From Porticoccaceae bacterium (GTDB lineage Bacteria; Pseudomonadota; Gammaproteobacteria; Pseudomonadales; Porticoccaceae): a DNA stretch of 53,374 bases. The stretch spans positions 17,677 to 71,050 of the forward strand of contig NZEU01000030.1 in assembly GCA_002689135.1 (NCBI GenBank). Direction: 5' to 3'. Every line of letters starts with the position of its first letter. Positions within the stretch are counted from its first letter, which is position 1. The position numbers and the translations under genes were made by a program. Shown here piece by piece: positions 31,858-43,268 of this stretch. The notes under the pieces are model-generated. The model worked only from the letters and a program-made list of their open reading frames with translations, searched no databases and was not told the origin of the DNA.

Positions 31858-33117
31858 ATGAACCTATCCGAATTAAAAGAAAAGCCAATTGCAGATATCA
31901 TAGGGTTAGCAGAGTCGCTAGGCCTTGATAATGTCGCACGATCACGCAAACAAGATATTATTTTTTCCCTCCTAAAACGCCATGCCAAAGGCGGTGAAGA
32001 CATCTATGGCAACGGGCTTCTGGAAATTCTTCCAGACGGCTTCGGTTTTCTGAGGTCGGCTGGATCCTCATACCTAGCGGGGCCAGACGATATCTATGTT
32101 TCTCCTAGCCAGATAAGACGCTTCAACCTTCGTACGGGAGACGCCATATCAGGTAAAATCCGGCCGCCAAAAGATGGTGAACGTTACTTCGCCATGCTCA
32201 AAGTAGATAAGATTAACTTCGACACTCCAGAAAATGTTCGCAACAAGATATTGTTCGAAAACCTTACTCCGTTGTTCCCGGATAATCGACTTACATTAGA
32301 ATCAGGAAATGGATCAACCGAAGACTTAACTGGTCGTATAATAGATTTGATATCCCCAATCGGACGTGGTCAGCGGGGCCTCATTGTTGCACCGCCAAAA
32401 GCGGGAAAAACTATAATGATGCAACATATCGCCCAGTCAATAGTCAGAAATAATGCAGACTGTTACATAATCGTATTGCTCATAGATGAGAGACCGGAAG
32501 AAGTAACAGAAATGCAACGAACGGTCCGCGGAGAGGTCATTGCATCAACTTTTGACGAGCCGCCGACCAGGCATGTTCAAGTTGCCGAAATGGTTATTGA
32601 AAAAGCGAAAAGGCTTGTTGAACATAAGAGAGATGTGGTTATTCTTCTTGACTCCATTACCCGCCTTGCGCGAGCTTATAACACTGTAATTCCATCGTCT
32701 GGTAAAGTTTTGACCGGCGGTGTAGACGCACATGCACTAGAAAAACCAAAACGTTTCTTTGGAGCTGCACGAAACATAGAACATGGAGGAAGTCTTACGA
32801 TAATTGCAACGTCTCTAGTTGATACCGGTTCAAAAATGGATGAGGTTATCTATGAAGAGTTTAAGGGAACTGGGAATATGGAGCTCCACCTCGACAGAAA
32901 AATAGCAGAAAAACGGGTTTATCCGGCCATAAATATTAGACGCTCAGGCACGCGTCGCGAAGAACTATTGATTGAAGAATCCGAATTGCAACGAATATGG
33001 ATTCTTCGAAAACTCTTACACGATATGGAGGATTTAACTGCTGCCGAGTTTATGGTAGAAAAGTTAAAAGGATACAAGAACAACAACGAATTCTTCGGCG
33101 CCATGAAACGAAAGTGA
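31858..33117 (+). CDS. rho: Transcription termination factor Rho
   Basis: [46 protein letters not shown]. Confidence 0.99.
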   Translation: MNLSELKEKPIADIIGLAESLGLDNVARSRKQDIIFSLLKRHAKGGEDIYGNGLLEILPDGFGFLRSAGSSYLAGPDDIYVSPSQIRRFNLRTGDAISGKIRPPKDGERYFAMLKVDKINFDTPENVRNKILFENLTPLFPDNRLTLESGNGSTEDLTGRIIDLISPIGRGQRGLIVAPPKAGKTIMMQHIAQSIVRNNADCYIIVLLIDERPEEVTEMQRTVRGEVIASTFDEPPTRHVQVAEMVIEKAKRLVEHKRDVVILLDSITRLARAYNTVIPSSGKVLTGGVDAHALEKPKRFFGAARNIEHGGSLTIIATSLVDTGSKMDEVIYEEFKGTGNMELHLDRKIAEKRVYPAINIRRSGTRREELLIEESELQRIWILRKLLHDMEDLTAAEFMVEKLKGYKNNNEFFGAMKRK

Positions 33118-33129
33118 CTTCCTCTAAAA

Positions 33130-34620
33130 TTGTCGAAAACGTCCTCCAAATATAATGATCTCCGAGAATTCATACAATTTCTTGAGGAACGTGGTGAGTT
33201 ATTAAGAGTCGGTGAGCCGATCGATCCCAACCTTGAGATGACTGAAGTCAGCAACCGTATTTTGCGCGCTGGAGGCCCCGCTGTCCTTTTCGAAAATCCT
33301 CTTGGCTTTGCTACCCCGGTGTTGTGCAATTTATTCGGTACACCTGAGAGAATAGCTTTGGCGATGGGAGAAACAGGGCTTGAGGGACTGCGTAATATAG
33401 GAGTTCTCTTAGCTTTCTTAAAAGAGCCAGATCCCCCAAAAGGATTAATGGATCTCTGGAACAAGCGTCATAACTTCAAGCAAGTATTAAATATGCCTGT
33501 CAGGTTGCTGAAAAAAGGGCCATGTCAACAGGTAGTTTTAGAAAAAAATCAAGTAAATCTGGACAATCTTCCTATACAAACATGTTGGCCCGGTGACGTT
33601 GCACCACTGATCACTTGGGCCCTGACAATCACGCGGGGTGTTGAAAAAGAGCGGCAAAATCTCGGGATCTACCGAATGCAAAAGATCGCCAAAAACAAAC
33701 TTATAATGAGATGGCTAGCCCATCGAGGCGGCGCATTAGACTTTCAAGAATGGCAGCACAAATTCCCAGAACGTCCATTCCCCGTTGCAGTTGCGTTGGG
33801 TGCAGATCCTGCAACTACACTAGCAGCCGTTACCCCAGTGCCAGACACGCTCTCGGAGTACGCATTTGCCGGCTTACTTCGTGGTAGCAAGACTGCAGTA
33901 GTAAAGTGTTTTGACAGCAATCTTGAGGTCCCAGCAACGGCAGAATATATTCTTGAGGGACACATCTATCCCAGCGAAACTGCCATAGAAGGACCATTCG
34001 GTGACCATACCGGTTACTATAACGAAGTAGAAAAGTTCCCAGTGTTTACTGTCGAGCGAATCACCCATCGAGAGAATCCAATATACCACAGCACGTACAC
34101 CGGAAAACCGCCAGACGAGCCGGCAATACTCGGAGTAGCACTGAATGAGGTATTTGTTCCGATACTTCAAAAACAGTTCCCTGAGATAGTCGATTTTTAT
34201 CTTCCACCGGAGGGTTGCTCATATAGACTCGCGGTAATAAGTATAAAAAAACAATATCCTGGTCACGCCAAACGCGTAATGATGGGATTATGGTCTTTCT
34301 TAAGGCAATTTATGTATACAAAGTTTGTTATCGTAACTGATTATGATGTGGATATAAGAAATTGGCGAGATGTGGTGTGGGCAATTACAACCAGAACAGA
34401 TCCCTCTAGAGATACTCTTCTCATAGAAAATACGCCTATTGATTACCTCGATTTTGCTTCCCCAGTCTCAGGCCTGGGATCTAAAATGGGCTTAGACGCG
34501 ACAAATAAGATATGCGGTGAAACGCAACGAGAATGGGGGAAATCTATCAGTATGGAGGAGTCAGTAGTTCAAAGAATCGACAAAATCTGGGATTCTTTGG
34601 GAGTTAAAATAAAATCTTAG
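33130..34620 (+). CDS. ubiD: 4-hydroxy-3-polyprenylbenzoate decarboxylase UbiD
   Basis: [47 protein letters not shown]; rho-ubiD synteny. Confidence 0.97.
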   Translation: MSKTSSKYNDLREFIQFLEERGELLRVGEPIDPNLEMTEVSNRILRAGGPAVLFENPLGFATPVLCNLFGTPERIALAMGETGLEGLRNIGVLLAFLKEPDPPKGLMDLWNKRHNFKQVLNMPVRLLKKGPCQQVVLEKNQVNLDNLPIQTCWPGDVAPLITWALTITRGVEKERQNLGIYRMQKIAKNKLIMRWLAHRGGALDFQEWQHKFPERPFPVAVALGADPATTLAAVTPVPDTLSEYAFAGLLRGSKTAVVKCFDSNLEVPATAEYILEGHIYPSETAIEGPFGDHTGYYNEVEKFPVFTVERITHRENPIYHSTYTGKPPDEPAILGVALNEVFVPILQKQFPEIVDFYLPPEGCSYRLAVISIKKQYPGHAKRVMMGLWSFLRQFMYTKFVIVTDYDVDIRNWRDVVWAITTRTDPSRDTLLIENTPIDYLDFASPVSGLGSKMGLDATNKICGETQREWGKSISMEESVVQRIDKIWDSLGVKIKS

Positions 34621-35036
34621 TTGCATAGTGACTTTTCGTAATCAACAAATATTCCTATAGCGTGAATTAAGATTCAACGTCTTAATCTACACACCGAAAC
34701 AGAAAATGAAAAATATTTCCTCAAGCACTACCACCAAAATTAAGTAGCATGCTCTAAAATCGTAATCAACAATGAAAAATTGGGGGGGTTATCGGGATCG
34801 TAAATATAAGCCTTTGTAATAATGAATAAACTTTAAATTGAAAAAACAGTACACTCAGATCGAGTAATGGCAAAAATTTTTATCCGAAATTTTTCAAAAA
34901 AGATAAAATGAAGTAATCATTCTTAGGACGCATAAAAAATGTTAGGTCAAGGAACATCTCAAGCAAATGTATATCGAATATGCCGGCAATTTGACAGCTG
35001 TTTTACGCGCTTATCTGCACCTTGAGTAAGTTAACA

Positions 35037-36239
35037 ATGGCCAAATCTTCTCAGAAAATTATTGTTACAGTGAGCGTAGTTTTTGCTGGAGCACTATTAA
35101 TATCAGCAACCTATTTCTTTAAACCAACTCAGGAACGTGTTTCACAACAGTCACCACAAGCTATTGAGGTCACTGTTGTCAAAGTTCAACCGAAAACTCA
35201 TCAGCTTAATGTGGTCTCTCAAGGCACCATCAGTCCGAAATATGAAATTGATCTAATTGCAGAAGTTGCAGGACGTATTGAATTTGTGGCGCCAAATTTC
35301 GCTAATGGTGATTTCTTCAACGCAGGGGAAAAACTGGTTCAAATAGAACCTATTGACTATCAGCTTAGCTTGATCACCGCTAAAAGTGCTGTGGCTAGGG
35401 CAGAAGAGCAATTAGCAATCGAACGCGGTCGCGTTAGACAAGCTAGGCGTGAGTGGCGGGAGCTGGGCGACGAGGAAGCAAACGAATTATTTTTACGCAA
35501 ACCCCAATTGAAAGCCTCGGAGGCAGCACTTGCCTCTGCTTCGGCCGAGTGTAATCGGGCACAGATTCAACTTGATAGAACTACTATAACTGCCCCATTT
35601 AATGGAAGAATTCGTAATACGTTCGTACATTCAGGCCAATTTGTGTCGCGCGGAACCCGTTTAGCGACTATATTTAGTTCTGAGGTTGCAGAAATACGAC
35701 TCCCTCTCAGGGATCAACAGTTGCAATGGCTTGACTTACCATCTGCGTCCTCCTCCCTCAATAGACAGAAGTTCCCAGTTGTATCCATTAAAAGTACAAT
35801 TGGTGCAGTTCAGCACACCCGAGAAGGGCGCATTGTAAGGACTGAGTCATCAATCGACCCACAAAGCCGCATGACATTCGCAGTAGCGGAAATAACGGAA
35901 CCATTTTCAGAAACGAATGTTACTCCGCTCGATATAGGTCGATTCGTAGAGGCTAAAATTGCAGGCGTAATTTTAGATGACGTTACTGTCTTACCACGCC
36001 ATGCAATCTATAAAAATGATTTAGTGCTTACCGTCACCGATGAAAACTCAATCGAATTTACAAGAGTAGATGTGATTAAAACAAGTCCCGAACAGGCTAT
36101 CGTTCGAGGCATATCAGAGGGAACCGTAGTGGTTTTTTCTCGGGTCGCAAATCCTTATGCCGGAATGAGTGTCAGTACCTCACCGCCGAAGCCAACCGGA
36201 AAAGTCCAGTCTGAGAGTACTGCAGGCGAATTATTATGA
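35037..36239 (+). CDS. RND efflux periplasmic adaptor (MFP) subunit
   Basis: N-terminal TM anchor, lipoyl half-motifs (AEVAGRI; APFNGRI..GQFV), helical hairpin; ATGA overlap with RND permease. Confidence 0.93.
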   Translation: MAKSSQKIIVTVSVVFAGALLISATYFFKPTQERVSQQSPQAIEVTVVKVQPKTHQLNVVSQGTISPKYEIDLIAEVAGRIEFVAPNFANGDFFNAGEKLVQIEPIDYQLSLITAKSAVARAEEQLAIERGRVRQARREWRELGDEEANELFLRKPQLKASEAALASASAECNRAQIQLDRTTITAPFNGRIRNTFVHSGQFVSRGTRLATIFSSEVAEIRLPLRDQQLQWLDLPSASSSLNRQKFPVVSIKSTIGAVQHTREGRIVRTESSIDPQSRMTFAVAEITEPFSETNVTPLDIGRFVEAKIAGVILDDVTVLPRHAIYKNDLVLTVTDENSIEFTRVDVIKTSPEQAIVRGISEGTVVVFSRVANPYAGMSVSTSPPKPTGKVQSESTAGELL

Positions 36240-39200
36240 GACCAATTGTCTCCTGGTTTGTCCGTGATCCTGTTGCAAGTAATCTACTAACGATACTCGT
36301 ATTCATTGGTGGTATTTTTGGCGCCATGTCGATGGGAAAAGAGGTATTCCCCTCGGTTCAGGTTGATTACATACGCATTATGATGCCATATCTTGGCGCA
36401 GGACCTGAGGAAGTTGAAGACCAAATCCTCATCCCAATCGAAGAAGCAATTTATAACATTGACGGAGTTGCAGGATTAGACTCTGTCGCCTGGCAAGGTG
36501 GAGGCCAGGTTATAGTAGAGGTCGAAGTTGGGTATGATAAGACCAAGCTGACAAACCACATCCAAACCAATATTGACACGATTACGACGTTTCCCAGAGA
36601 AACTGAACGTCCCGAAGTTGCAGAAGTAGTATTTAGGGAGAATGTTATGACCGTGGCCATCTCTGGTGATGTTGCGACGGATATCCTAATAGATTTTGCT
36701 GAGAAAGTCCGAGACGACCTTTCCAGGTTACCCGAGATAGAATCGGTCGAGCTTCAAGGCATAAGAGCACCTGTTATATCAATTGAATTAGAAGAGTATC
36801 AAATGAGGCGTTTTGATATCTCTTTCGGGCAGGTTGTTGAAGCAGTACAACGATCTTCGATCACTATGCCAGCCGGTTCAATTCGTGGCGATAACGGTAC
36901 ATTACAGCTACAGACAAGTGGTCAGGCTTTTAATGAATCCCAATTCAATGAGATTTTAGTCTCAGGTCGTCCTGACGGCACCAAGATATCTATTGGCGAT
37001 GTTGCAAATGTTAAGGAAACTTTTGAGGAAACCTTCTTTGAAGCTCGCTTAAATGGCGAGAAAATGGTTTTTATTCAGGTATATACTGAGGATAAACCCG
37101 ATGTAGTCGCGTCCACGGACGCTGTGAAAAATTATGTTCTCAACGAAACATCATTTCTCCCTGGCAATCTAAAAATACAAACGGTTCAAGATCACTCAGT
37201 AATGTATCAAGACCGTCTTAACCTGATTACAAAAAATGCGATTGGGGGACTAATTTTAGTATTTGTTATCTTGATGCTATTTCTCCGTCCCATCTTGGCT
37301 ATGTGGGTTTCCTTTGGGATTGGTATAGCATACGCTGGCGCGCTTTGGTTGCTTCCAGCAGCAGGAGTTACCATAAGCATGGCGTCAATGTTTGCATTCC
37401 TGCTGATACTTGGAATTATTGTGGACGATGCAATTATTGTCGGAGAGAGCATATATCGACACCACGAAGAAGGATATGAAGCCTACCAAGCAGCAGACAT
37501 GGGTGCTCAAAGGGTCTTAGTTCCAGTAGTTCTTGCCGTAACTACAACAATCATATTATTCGCGGTGATGTTTTTTTTACCGGGCTCGTTTATTAGGGCA
37601 ATCTGGGCAATTCCCATCGTTGCGGTTATTGCTTTAAGCTTCTCACTAGTTGAGTGTTTGTGTATTTTACCCTCCCATCTGGCACATATGGGCCCTGAAA
37701 AAACCCCCAAGACTAACTTTACACGGCAACTCCAATCTCTACGTCAGAAATGCTCCAATGCGTTACTTAATGTTTGTGATAACCGATACCAGCCTCTCCT
37801 CGCCAAGGCACTTGAGTGGAGATATCTCACCATTTTATGCTTTTTAATGGCCCTTATTTTTGCAAATAGTCTCTTAGATGCAGGGCACATAAAGAGACAA
37901 TTCATGCCAAATGTACCATGGGACTACGTAGGGCTGGAGATATCAATGCCAGATAACTATTCAAAAACACAAATGATGTCATTGCTTGAAAAAGCTGAGG
38001 CGGCAGCTGGGACATTAAATAGGGACACCGTGCTTAAAGAACAAGGGCTTGACGGCACGGTAATTATAAATACCCTCGCTTTCCTCTTTGGCTACGATAT
38101 TACTGTTTGGATTGAGTTGAGTCCTGGCGTTACAGATGCTATCGACACCGCTATTATTGGCGAGCGCTGGATCCACCACCTCGGGAGAATTCCAGAAGCC
38201 TCCAATTATCAGGCCTTGACAGGATTCGGGGCAAAAGAAGATCAGGGTTTTTCTGTCCTACTTAATTCTAACGACAGTACGCAGCTCAATGCTGCTAAAA
38301 CCTATATGCTAGAATCTTTAATGGAAATCCAAGGCGTCTCAAGAGTCCTAGACACAAGCGAAAGTTCTGGAATGGACCTGAATATCAGTCTCAAACCTGA
38401 CGGCAACAACCTCGGTGTCGGACTTGCTGATGTCGCAAATCAGGTCCGACAGGGCTTCTATGGAGCGGAGGCACAGCGGATAGCAAGGGATCGAAATGAA
38501 TTGAGGGTCCTCGTTCGTTATCCGGAATCAGCCCGTAAGAATGTCGACACACTCTCTGATATGCGGATCCGAACATCAGACGGCAAAGAGATACCGTTCT
38601 ACTCAGTCGCAGATGTCAAATATGTTGAAGGAGTTACAAGGATCCGTAGGGTAAATCGTGAGCGCACGAGTCGGATAAGAGCTTACGAACAAAAGAGTCT
38701 CATCACAACAGATGAAATTAGTAAAATTGTGTTCGATGAAGTCAGCCCAGAACTGGCGGAAAAATATCCTAGTGTGCACCTGTCCAAAGATGGCTTCAGC
38801 TCTGATGAAGCCGAATTCTTCCAGGCCGGTACAAAATTACTTATCACAGCAATAGTGATAATTTATGGGCTCATGGTTCTCACTTTTAAATCTTACCTCA
38901 AGCCATTAGGTGTTTTAACTGCTATTCCATTTGGGCTGATGGGCGCTATCTTCGGTCACATTCTATTTGGGCTTGAGTTTAGCATGATGTCGTGGATGGG
39001 GGTTTTCGCAGCTACTGGGGTAGTGGTTAACGATAATCTTGTTTTAATCGAAAGAATTAATCAGTTAAGACAAGGAGGGCTTGCAGTAAGCCAAGCACTT
39101 ATGAAGGCTGGAAAAGACCGATTTAGGCCGATAGTCCTAACCTCACTCACTACCTTCATCGGTCTTATGCCGATAATTTTTGAGTCGAGCGAACAGGCTC

Positions 39201-39346
39201 AATTTCTGGTCCCGATGGTGATATCACTCGTCTTTGGGGTACTCTTCGCCACGACTGTTACTTTAATCTTTGTGCCCTCTATTTACTTCACTGCCGCTGG
39301 CTTCAGAGATTACCTGAGAGGAACAAAGGTGCCTATATCTCAATGA
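36236..39346 (+). CDS. RND efflux permease (AcrB/AcrD/AcrF family)
   Basis: 1036 aa, GIIVDDAIIVGE (TM4 Asp pair), GVVVND..V, RFRPI.LTS.TT.GL.P. Confidence 0.95.
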   Translation: MRPIVSWFVRDPVASNLLTILVFIGGIFGAMSMGKEVFPSVQVDYIRIMMPYLGAGPEEVEDQILIPIEEAIYNIDGVAGLDSVAWQGGGQVIVEVEVGYDKTKLTNHIQTNIDTITTFPRETERPEVAEVVFRENVMTVAISGDVATDILIDFAEKVRDDLSRLPEIESVELQGIRAPVISIELEEYQMRRFDISFGQVVEAVQRSSITMPAGSIRGDNGTLQLQTSGQAFNESQFNEILVSGRPDGTKISIGDVANVKETFEETFFEARLNGEKMVFIQVYTEDKPDVVASTDAVKNYVLNETSFLPGNLKIQTVQDHSVMYQDRLNLITKNAIGGLILVFVILMLFLRPILAMWVSFGIGIAYAGALWLLPAAGVTISMASMFAFLLILGIIVDDAIIVGESIYRHHEEGYEAYQAADMGAQRVLVPVVLAVTTTIILFAVMFFLPGSFIRAIWAIPIVAVIALSFSLVECLCILPSHLAHMGPEKTPKTNFTRQLQSLRQKCSNALLNVCDNRYQPLLAKALEWRYLTILCFLMALIFANSLLDAGHIKRQFMPNVPWDYVGLEISMPDNYSKTQMMSLLEKAEAAAGTLNRDTVLKEQGLDGTVIINTLAFLFGYDITVWIELSPGVTDAIDTAIIGERWIHHLGRIPEASNYQALTGFGAKEDQGFSVLLNSNDSTQLNAAKTYMLESLMEIQGVSRVLDTSESSGMDLNISLKPDGNNLGVGLADVANQVRQGFYGAEAQRIARDRNELRVLVRYPESARKNVDTLSDMRIRTSDGKEIPFYSVADVKYVEGVTRIRRVNRERTSRIRAYEQKSLITTDEISKIVFDEVSPELAEKYPSVHLSKDGFSSDEAEFFQAGTKLLITAIVIIYGLMVLTFKSYLKPLGVLTAIPFGLMGAIFGHILFGLEFSMMSWMGVFAATGVVVNDNLVLIERINQLRQGGLAVSQALMKAGKDRFRPIVLTSLTTFIGLMPIIFESSEQAQFLVPMVISLVFGVLFATTVTLIFVPSIYFTAAGFRDYLRGTKVPISQ

Positions 39347-39479
39347 GAATTTATGCCTTGCTCAAACCGGATAATATTTTATCTCAGTTAAAAATAGGTT
39401 AAAATCTGCCTTATGCCAATTCAGTGACAGCTCCCCTGTAGACGCACTTGATTCTTTTCAAAGGATTGCAACTTTTTCG

Positions 39480-41078
39480 GTGCCTAGCGCGCCATCAAAC
39501 GGAAACACCCATGTGTCACTAAATCAAATTTTACAACGGCTGGCTGACCCGGCACAAAATCATCAACTCCTCAAAATCAAAAGAGGTGTTGAAAAAGAAA
39601 GTCTCCGGACTACCAATAATGGATTTATATCCATCAACCCTCATCCTGAAGCTTTGGGCTCTGCACTGACGCATCCCTCAATCACTACGGATTTTTCAGA
39701 GGCCCTGCTTGAATTTATAACTGCTCCATATAAAAACATTTCTGAACTTTTAAACGAACTAGACGATATTCATCGCTTTGTACACGCCCAGATTGGGGAG
39801 GAATTACTTTGGGTCAATAGTATGCCTTGTCAAATAAAGGCAGATACCGATATTCCTATCGCAAATTTTGGTGAATCGAATGTTGGTAAGATGAAGCATA
39901 TTTATCGAATTGGTTTGGGGCATCGATATGGGCGTTCGATGCAAACTATAGCCGGGATTCACTATAATTTTTCAGTTCCTGACCCAATTTGGCACCTTAT
40001 TGCAACATTTCGAAAACCAGGACTTTCATTTAAGGATATCAAGACAGACGGTTACTTCGGTCTAATAAGAAACTTTCGTCGCTCAGCCTGGCTCCTAAAC
40101 TACCTGCTTGGTGCCACACCAAGTGTTTGTGGCAGTTTTGTCGACGGAAAAACACATAAACTTGCTTTACTAAATGATAAAAAAAGTTTCTTCAGTCCTT
40201 ATGCCACTTCTCTCCGAATGGGAGATCTCGGTTATCAAAGTGAGGCGCAGGCCTCTCTAAACATCACTTACAATGATTTGCAAAGCTACACTAGAAGCCT
40301 GAAAGCAGCCCTTAGAAAAAGCCACCCAAAATACTCAGTTGTCGGATTAAAAGATGATAGCGGTCACCTTAAACAACTCAACACAAATTTACTCCAAATA
40401 GAAAACGAGTTTTATAGTGAGATCCGGCCAAAGCAACCAACAAAATCCGGTGAGTCACCAATGCAAGCACTTCTAGGTAGAGGTGTAGAGTATGTCGAGA
40501 TTCGTTGTCTTGACCTTGATCCGTTCACCTTACTAGGAATAGATTCAACGACCATACGCTTTCTAGATACGTTTTTACTGTCTTGCCTTCTCTCAGAGAG
40601 CCCGCTTTCAAACGAACATGAACAATGTGAAATCGTTCATAATAAAAACCTGTCAGTCTATCAGGGACGTAATCCCCTGCTCCATTTACACTATCGAGGA
40701 CAGTCCATTTCGCTAAAAGAATGGGGGCGGAAAATTCTTACAGATCTTCAGCCGATAGCCTCACTTCTTGATAGCGCTCATGGAGGTAATGCTTACGAGA
40801 GTGCGCTTGCTAAAATGTTCACGAGACTTGAGCAACCAGCGCTCACGCCTTCAGCCAGAGTGATAGATGAAATGAATACTCATAACGAGAGCTATATTCA
40901 GTTCGGAATACGTTGGGCCAAGCAACATGCCGAAAATTTTAAAGCAAGAGGCCCCGATGAAGCTCTGTTTGCCAAACAGAGAGACATCGCAAAGGCGTCA
41001 TCAATCAAACAAAAAAAAATTGAATTATCAGATCATCTGTCTTTTGAACAATATTTAGAGCAATATTATCTTCAATGA
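39480..41078 (+). CDS. gshA: Glutamate--cysteine ligase
   Basis: RGVEKESLR, LGSALTH..ITTDFSE.LLEFIT, MQ.IAG.HYNFS, SLRM.DLGY, LQIENE.Y..IRPK, YVE.R.LD; start may be GTG 39513. Confidence 0.97.
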   Translation: MPSAPSNGNTHVSLNQILQRLADPAQNHQLLKIKRGVEKESLRTTNNGFISINPHPEALGSALTHPSITTDFSEALLEFITAPYKNISELLNELDDIHRFVHAQIGEELLWVNSMPCQIKADTDIPIANFGESNVGKMKHIYRIGLGHRYGRSMQTIAGIHYNFSVPDPIWHLIATFRKPGLSFKDIKTDGYFGLIRNFRRSAWLLNYLLGATPSVCGSFVDGKTHKLALLNDKKSFFSPYATSLRMGDLGYQSEAQASLNITYNDLQSYTRSLKAALRKSHPKYSVVGLKDDSGHLKQLNTNLLQIENEFYSEIRPKQPTKSGESPMQALLGRGVEYVEIRCLDLDPFTLLGIDSTTIRFLDTFLLSCLLSESPLSNEHEQCEIVHNKNLSVYQGRNPLLHLHYRGQSISLKEWGRKILTDLQPIASLLDSAHGGNAYESALAKMFTRLEQPALTPSARVIDEMNTHNESYIQFGIRWAKQHAENFKARGPDEALFAKQRDIAKASSIKQKKIELSDHLSFEQYLEQYYLQ

Positions 41079-41117
41079 GAGATTTGGATGGGTGGGATGC
41101 AAATACGATTTTTAAAT

Positions 41118-41612
41118 ATGCAAATCCCCAGTTACCGCGCTTTAAATGCCTTAAGTGCTGGGGTCTGTGCATGGCTGTTTATTTTTGCCTTATTTTACCT
41201 ACAAAGTTATCTATCTCTGCAGCCCTGCTACCTTTGCTTCGTTCAAAGATTCTTTATAGTCGCTTGCGGCCTGTCATTCGCTATTGCCACGATTCATAAC
41301 CCTCAGGGAATAGCACGCAAGGCCTATGCTGGCTGCGGATCTATATGTGCGATGGCCGCGGCATTCTTTGCGATGAAACAACTTTGGCTGCAAAATTTAC
41401 CGGAAGACTTAGTGCCAACATGCGGACCACCTGTCGAGTACTTGCTTAAAGAATTTTCAGTTTTAGAAACAATACCAATGTTGTTAAGCGGGGACGGAAG
41501 TTGCGCAGATATTCAATGGCAGCTTTTCGGTTTGAGTATCCCTGCTTGGGTGTTAATTAGTTCTGTTGGTCTCCTCACGGCCTCCCTCTATCAACTGCTT
41601 CGAGAGCAGTAA
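41118..41612 (+). CDS. dsbB: Disulfide bond formation protein DsbB
   Basis: L.PC.LC..QR, second Cys pair (P.CGP ... G.CA...W), GLSIP.W; upstream of rsd. Start uncertain (41088-41118). Confidence 0.95.
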   Translation: MQIPSYRALNALSAGVCAWLFIFALFYLQSYLSLQPCYLCFVQRFFIVACGLSFAIATIHNPQGIARKAYAGCGSICAMAAAFFAMKQLWLQNLPEDLVPTCGPPVEYLLKEFSVLETIPMLLSGDGSCADIQWQLFGLSIPAWVLISSVGLLTASLYQLLREQ

Positions 41613-41821
41613 CCATTTCAATATAAGATAACTTAGCATGTATTAACACGTCCAGAAATGTATGGCATTTTGCCTTATAAGCATTGTATCCAACCCTTGA
41701 ATTTCCTATAGTTTCAGCCCTGGTGTAAATTTTAATGCTTTGGGATTAAGGTTAACACTATCTTGCAAGCCGGACAGCAATATAATATTCTGCAGTAAAT
41801 CTTCGAAGGAAGGGCTACGCG

Positions 41822-42292
41822 ATGGGCGAAAGAGCAGATAACAAGTCCATGTGGAAACGCTTAGAAGGTATCCTGGGCCACTGGATAAACCAACGTAAAG
41901 TTCTTTTATCGCAGTATGGTGAGTTAGCGATTATAAAGACCTTTAATTCAGATAACACACTTCATGGTGCTTCTGTGCAAGAATTTTGCCAATCGATGGT
42001 GGATTACCTATCACTTGTCCACTTCGAGGTGTTCGAACAAGTTTCCCAAGAAAATATATTTTCTCGAGCGGAATACAAGCAAGAGGCCATGGACCTCATG
42101 CGCGGCATCCAAACAACAACGGATAATCTTCTTGATTTTAACGACAAGTACCTCGCCCTTGATGACCTTGAGACGCTTACATCCGACCTCTCATTGCTGG
42201 GGGAAGAATTAGCCCAACGTTTTGAGCTAGAGGATGAGGTTATTGGATTGATTCGTAAGTCAAAAGTTGGTGAACCACAGCTCATAAGTTAG
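41822..42292 (+). CDS. rsd: Rsd/AlgQ anti-sigma70 regulator
   Basis: W...R..LL..Y, FCQ..VDYLS..HFEV.EQ, DFNDKY, LS.LGE.LA.RF.LED; dsbB-rsd-FKBP synteny. Confidence 0.92.
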   Translation: MGERADNKSMWKRLEGILGHWINQRKVLLSQYGELAIIKTFNSDNTLHGASVQEFCQSMVDYLSLVHFEVFEQVSQENIFSRAEYKQEAMDLMRGIQTTTDNLLDFNDKYLALDDLETLTSDLSLLGEELAQRFELEDEVIGLIRKSKVGEPQLIS

Positions 42293-42368
42293 GCCACAAC
42301 CACCTGCACTTGTCTCACCAGCACCCCTACTCTAGCACCCATGGCTTATAACTCCAAGTTGCCCCTGC

Positions 42369-43103
42369 CTATATATTTGCTTTCAACAGCTCCACCTCAA
42401 AAACCAGCGTCTCATTGGGGCCTATGGGTCCCTGACCTGCAGGACCATAGGCTAAATCTGCGGGAATGAATAATTCCCATTTGGCCCCCTCCCGCATTAA
42501 CTGAAGGGCTTCTGTCCACCCTGGTATGACTTGGGTTACCCCAAACTGAGCTGGCACTCCACGTTTTAACGAACTATCAAATTCTGTGCCATCCAGGAGC
42601 CTTCCAACGTAATGTACTTCTACTGTACTCTCTCCATTTGGTCTGATTCCTGCACCAGATCTGATAACTCGGTACTGCAAACCGCTAACCGTAGTCACCA
42701 CATCAGGCTTCTTTTTATTAGAACTTAAAAAATCTTTGCCTTGTTTTTTATTACTATCTGACTGCAAGGCAGTTGACTCATCCGCCAATTTTTGTCGAGC
42801 TTCACGCTTTACAGACATCTCTGCTTGAAAAATCTTCATTACCTCAGAAATTTGCGCCTCACTTAACCTTGGCTTGACTCCATTAATGCCGTCACTGAAC
42901 CCACTTTGGAACGCATTAGCGTCAAACTCTATACCCATTGATTCGATATTTCTAGCACTGTCCATACCATACAAATAGCTAATTTTTTGTGTTTGATTGA
43001 CAAGATCCTGAGCAACAGAGTCTTGCGTGGTCTGCGTATTAACTTGATCACATGCGCCAAGCAGAAGGAGCACCCCCAACGAAACAAGACTAAATTTATA
43101 CAT
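42369..43103 (-). CDS. FKBP-type peptidyl-prolyl isomerase (FklB/FkpA-like), probable lipoprotein
   Basis: LLGAC lipobox, SGLQY.V, VHY.G.L.DGTEFDSS, VI.GWTEALQLM, IP..LAYG, LVFEVELL. Confidence 0.95.
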   Translation of the reverse strand: MYKFSLVSLGVLLLLGACDQVNTQTTQDSVAQDLVNQTQKISYLYGMDSARNIESMGIEFDANAFQSGFSDGINGVKPRLSEAQISEVMKIFQAEMSVKREARQKLADESTALQSDSNKKQGKDFLSSNKKKPDVVTTVSGLQYRVIRSGAGIRPNGESTVEVHYVGRLLDGTEFDSSLKRGVPAQFGVTQVIPGWTEALQLMREGAKWELFIPADLAYGPAGQGPIGPNETLVFEVELLKANI

Positions 43104-43268
43104 TTGCAGCTCCTATGCTCTAAAAAGTGTTAACACGAGTGATTTTGGGCTGTAGACATTTCTCTAACGCAAAACTATCGAGTCTCAAGTGTATGTCATT
43201 TACGTTCCAGTTTCGACTCACAAAAATAATTGATTTATTCATACAGAAAAAGAGGTTTGGGATGATGC

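Noticed and set aside
4329-41612. dsbD, gshB, trxA, gshA and dsbB as a dedicated redox island
   Set aside because: They are spread over 37 kb, and most sit in their usual conserved neighbourhoods
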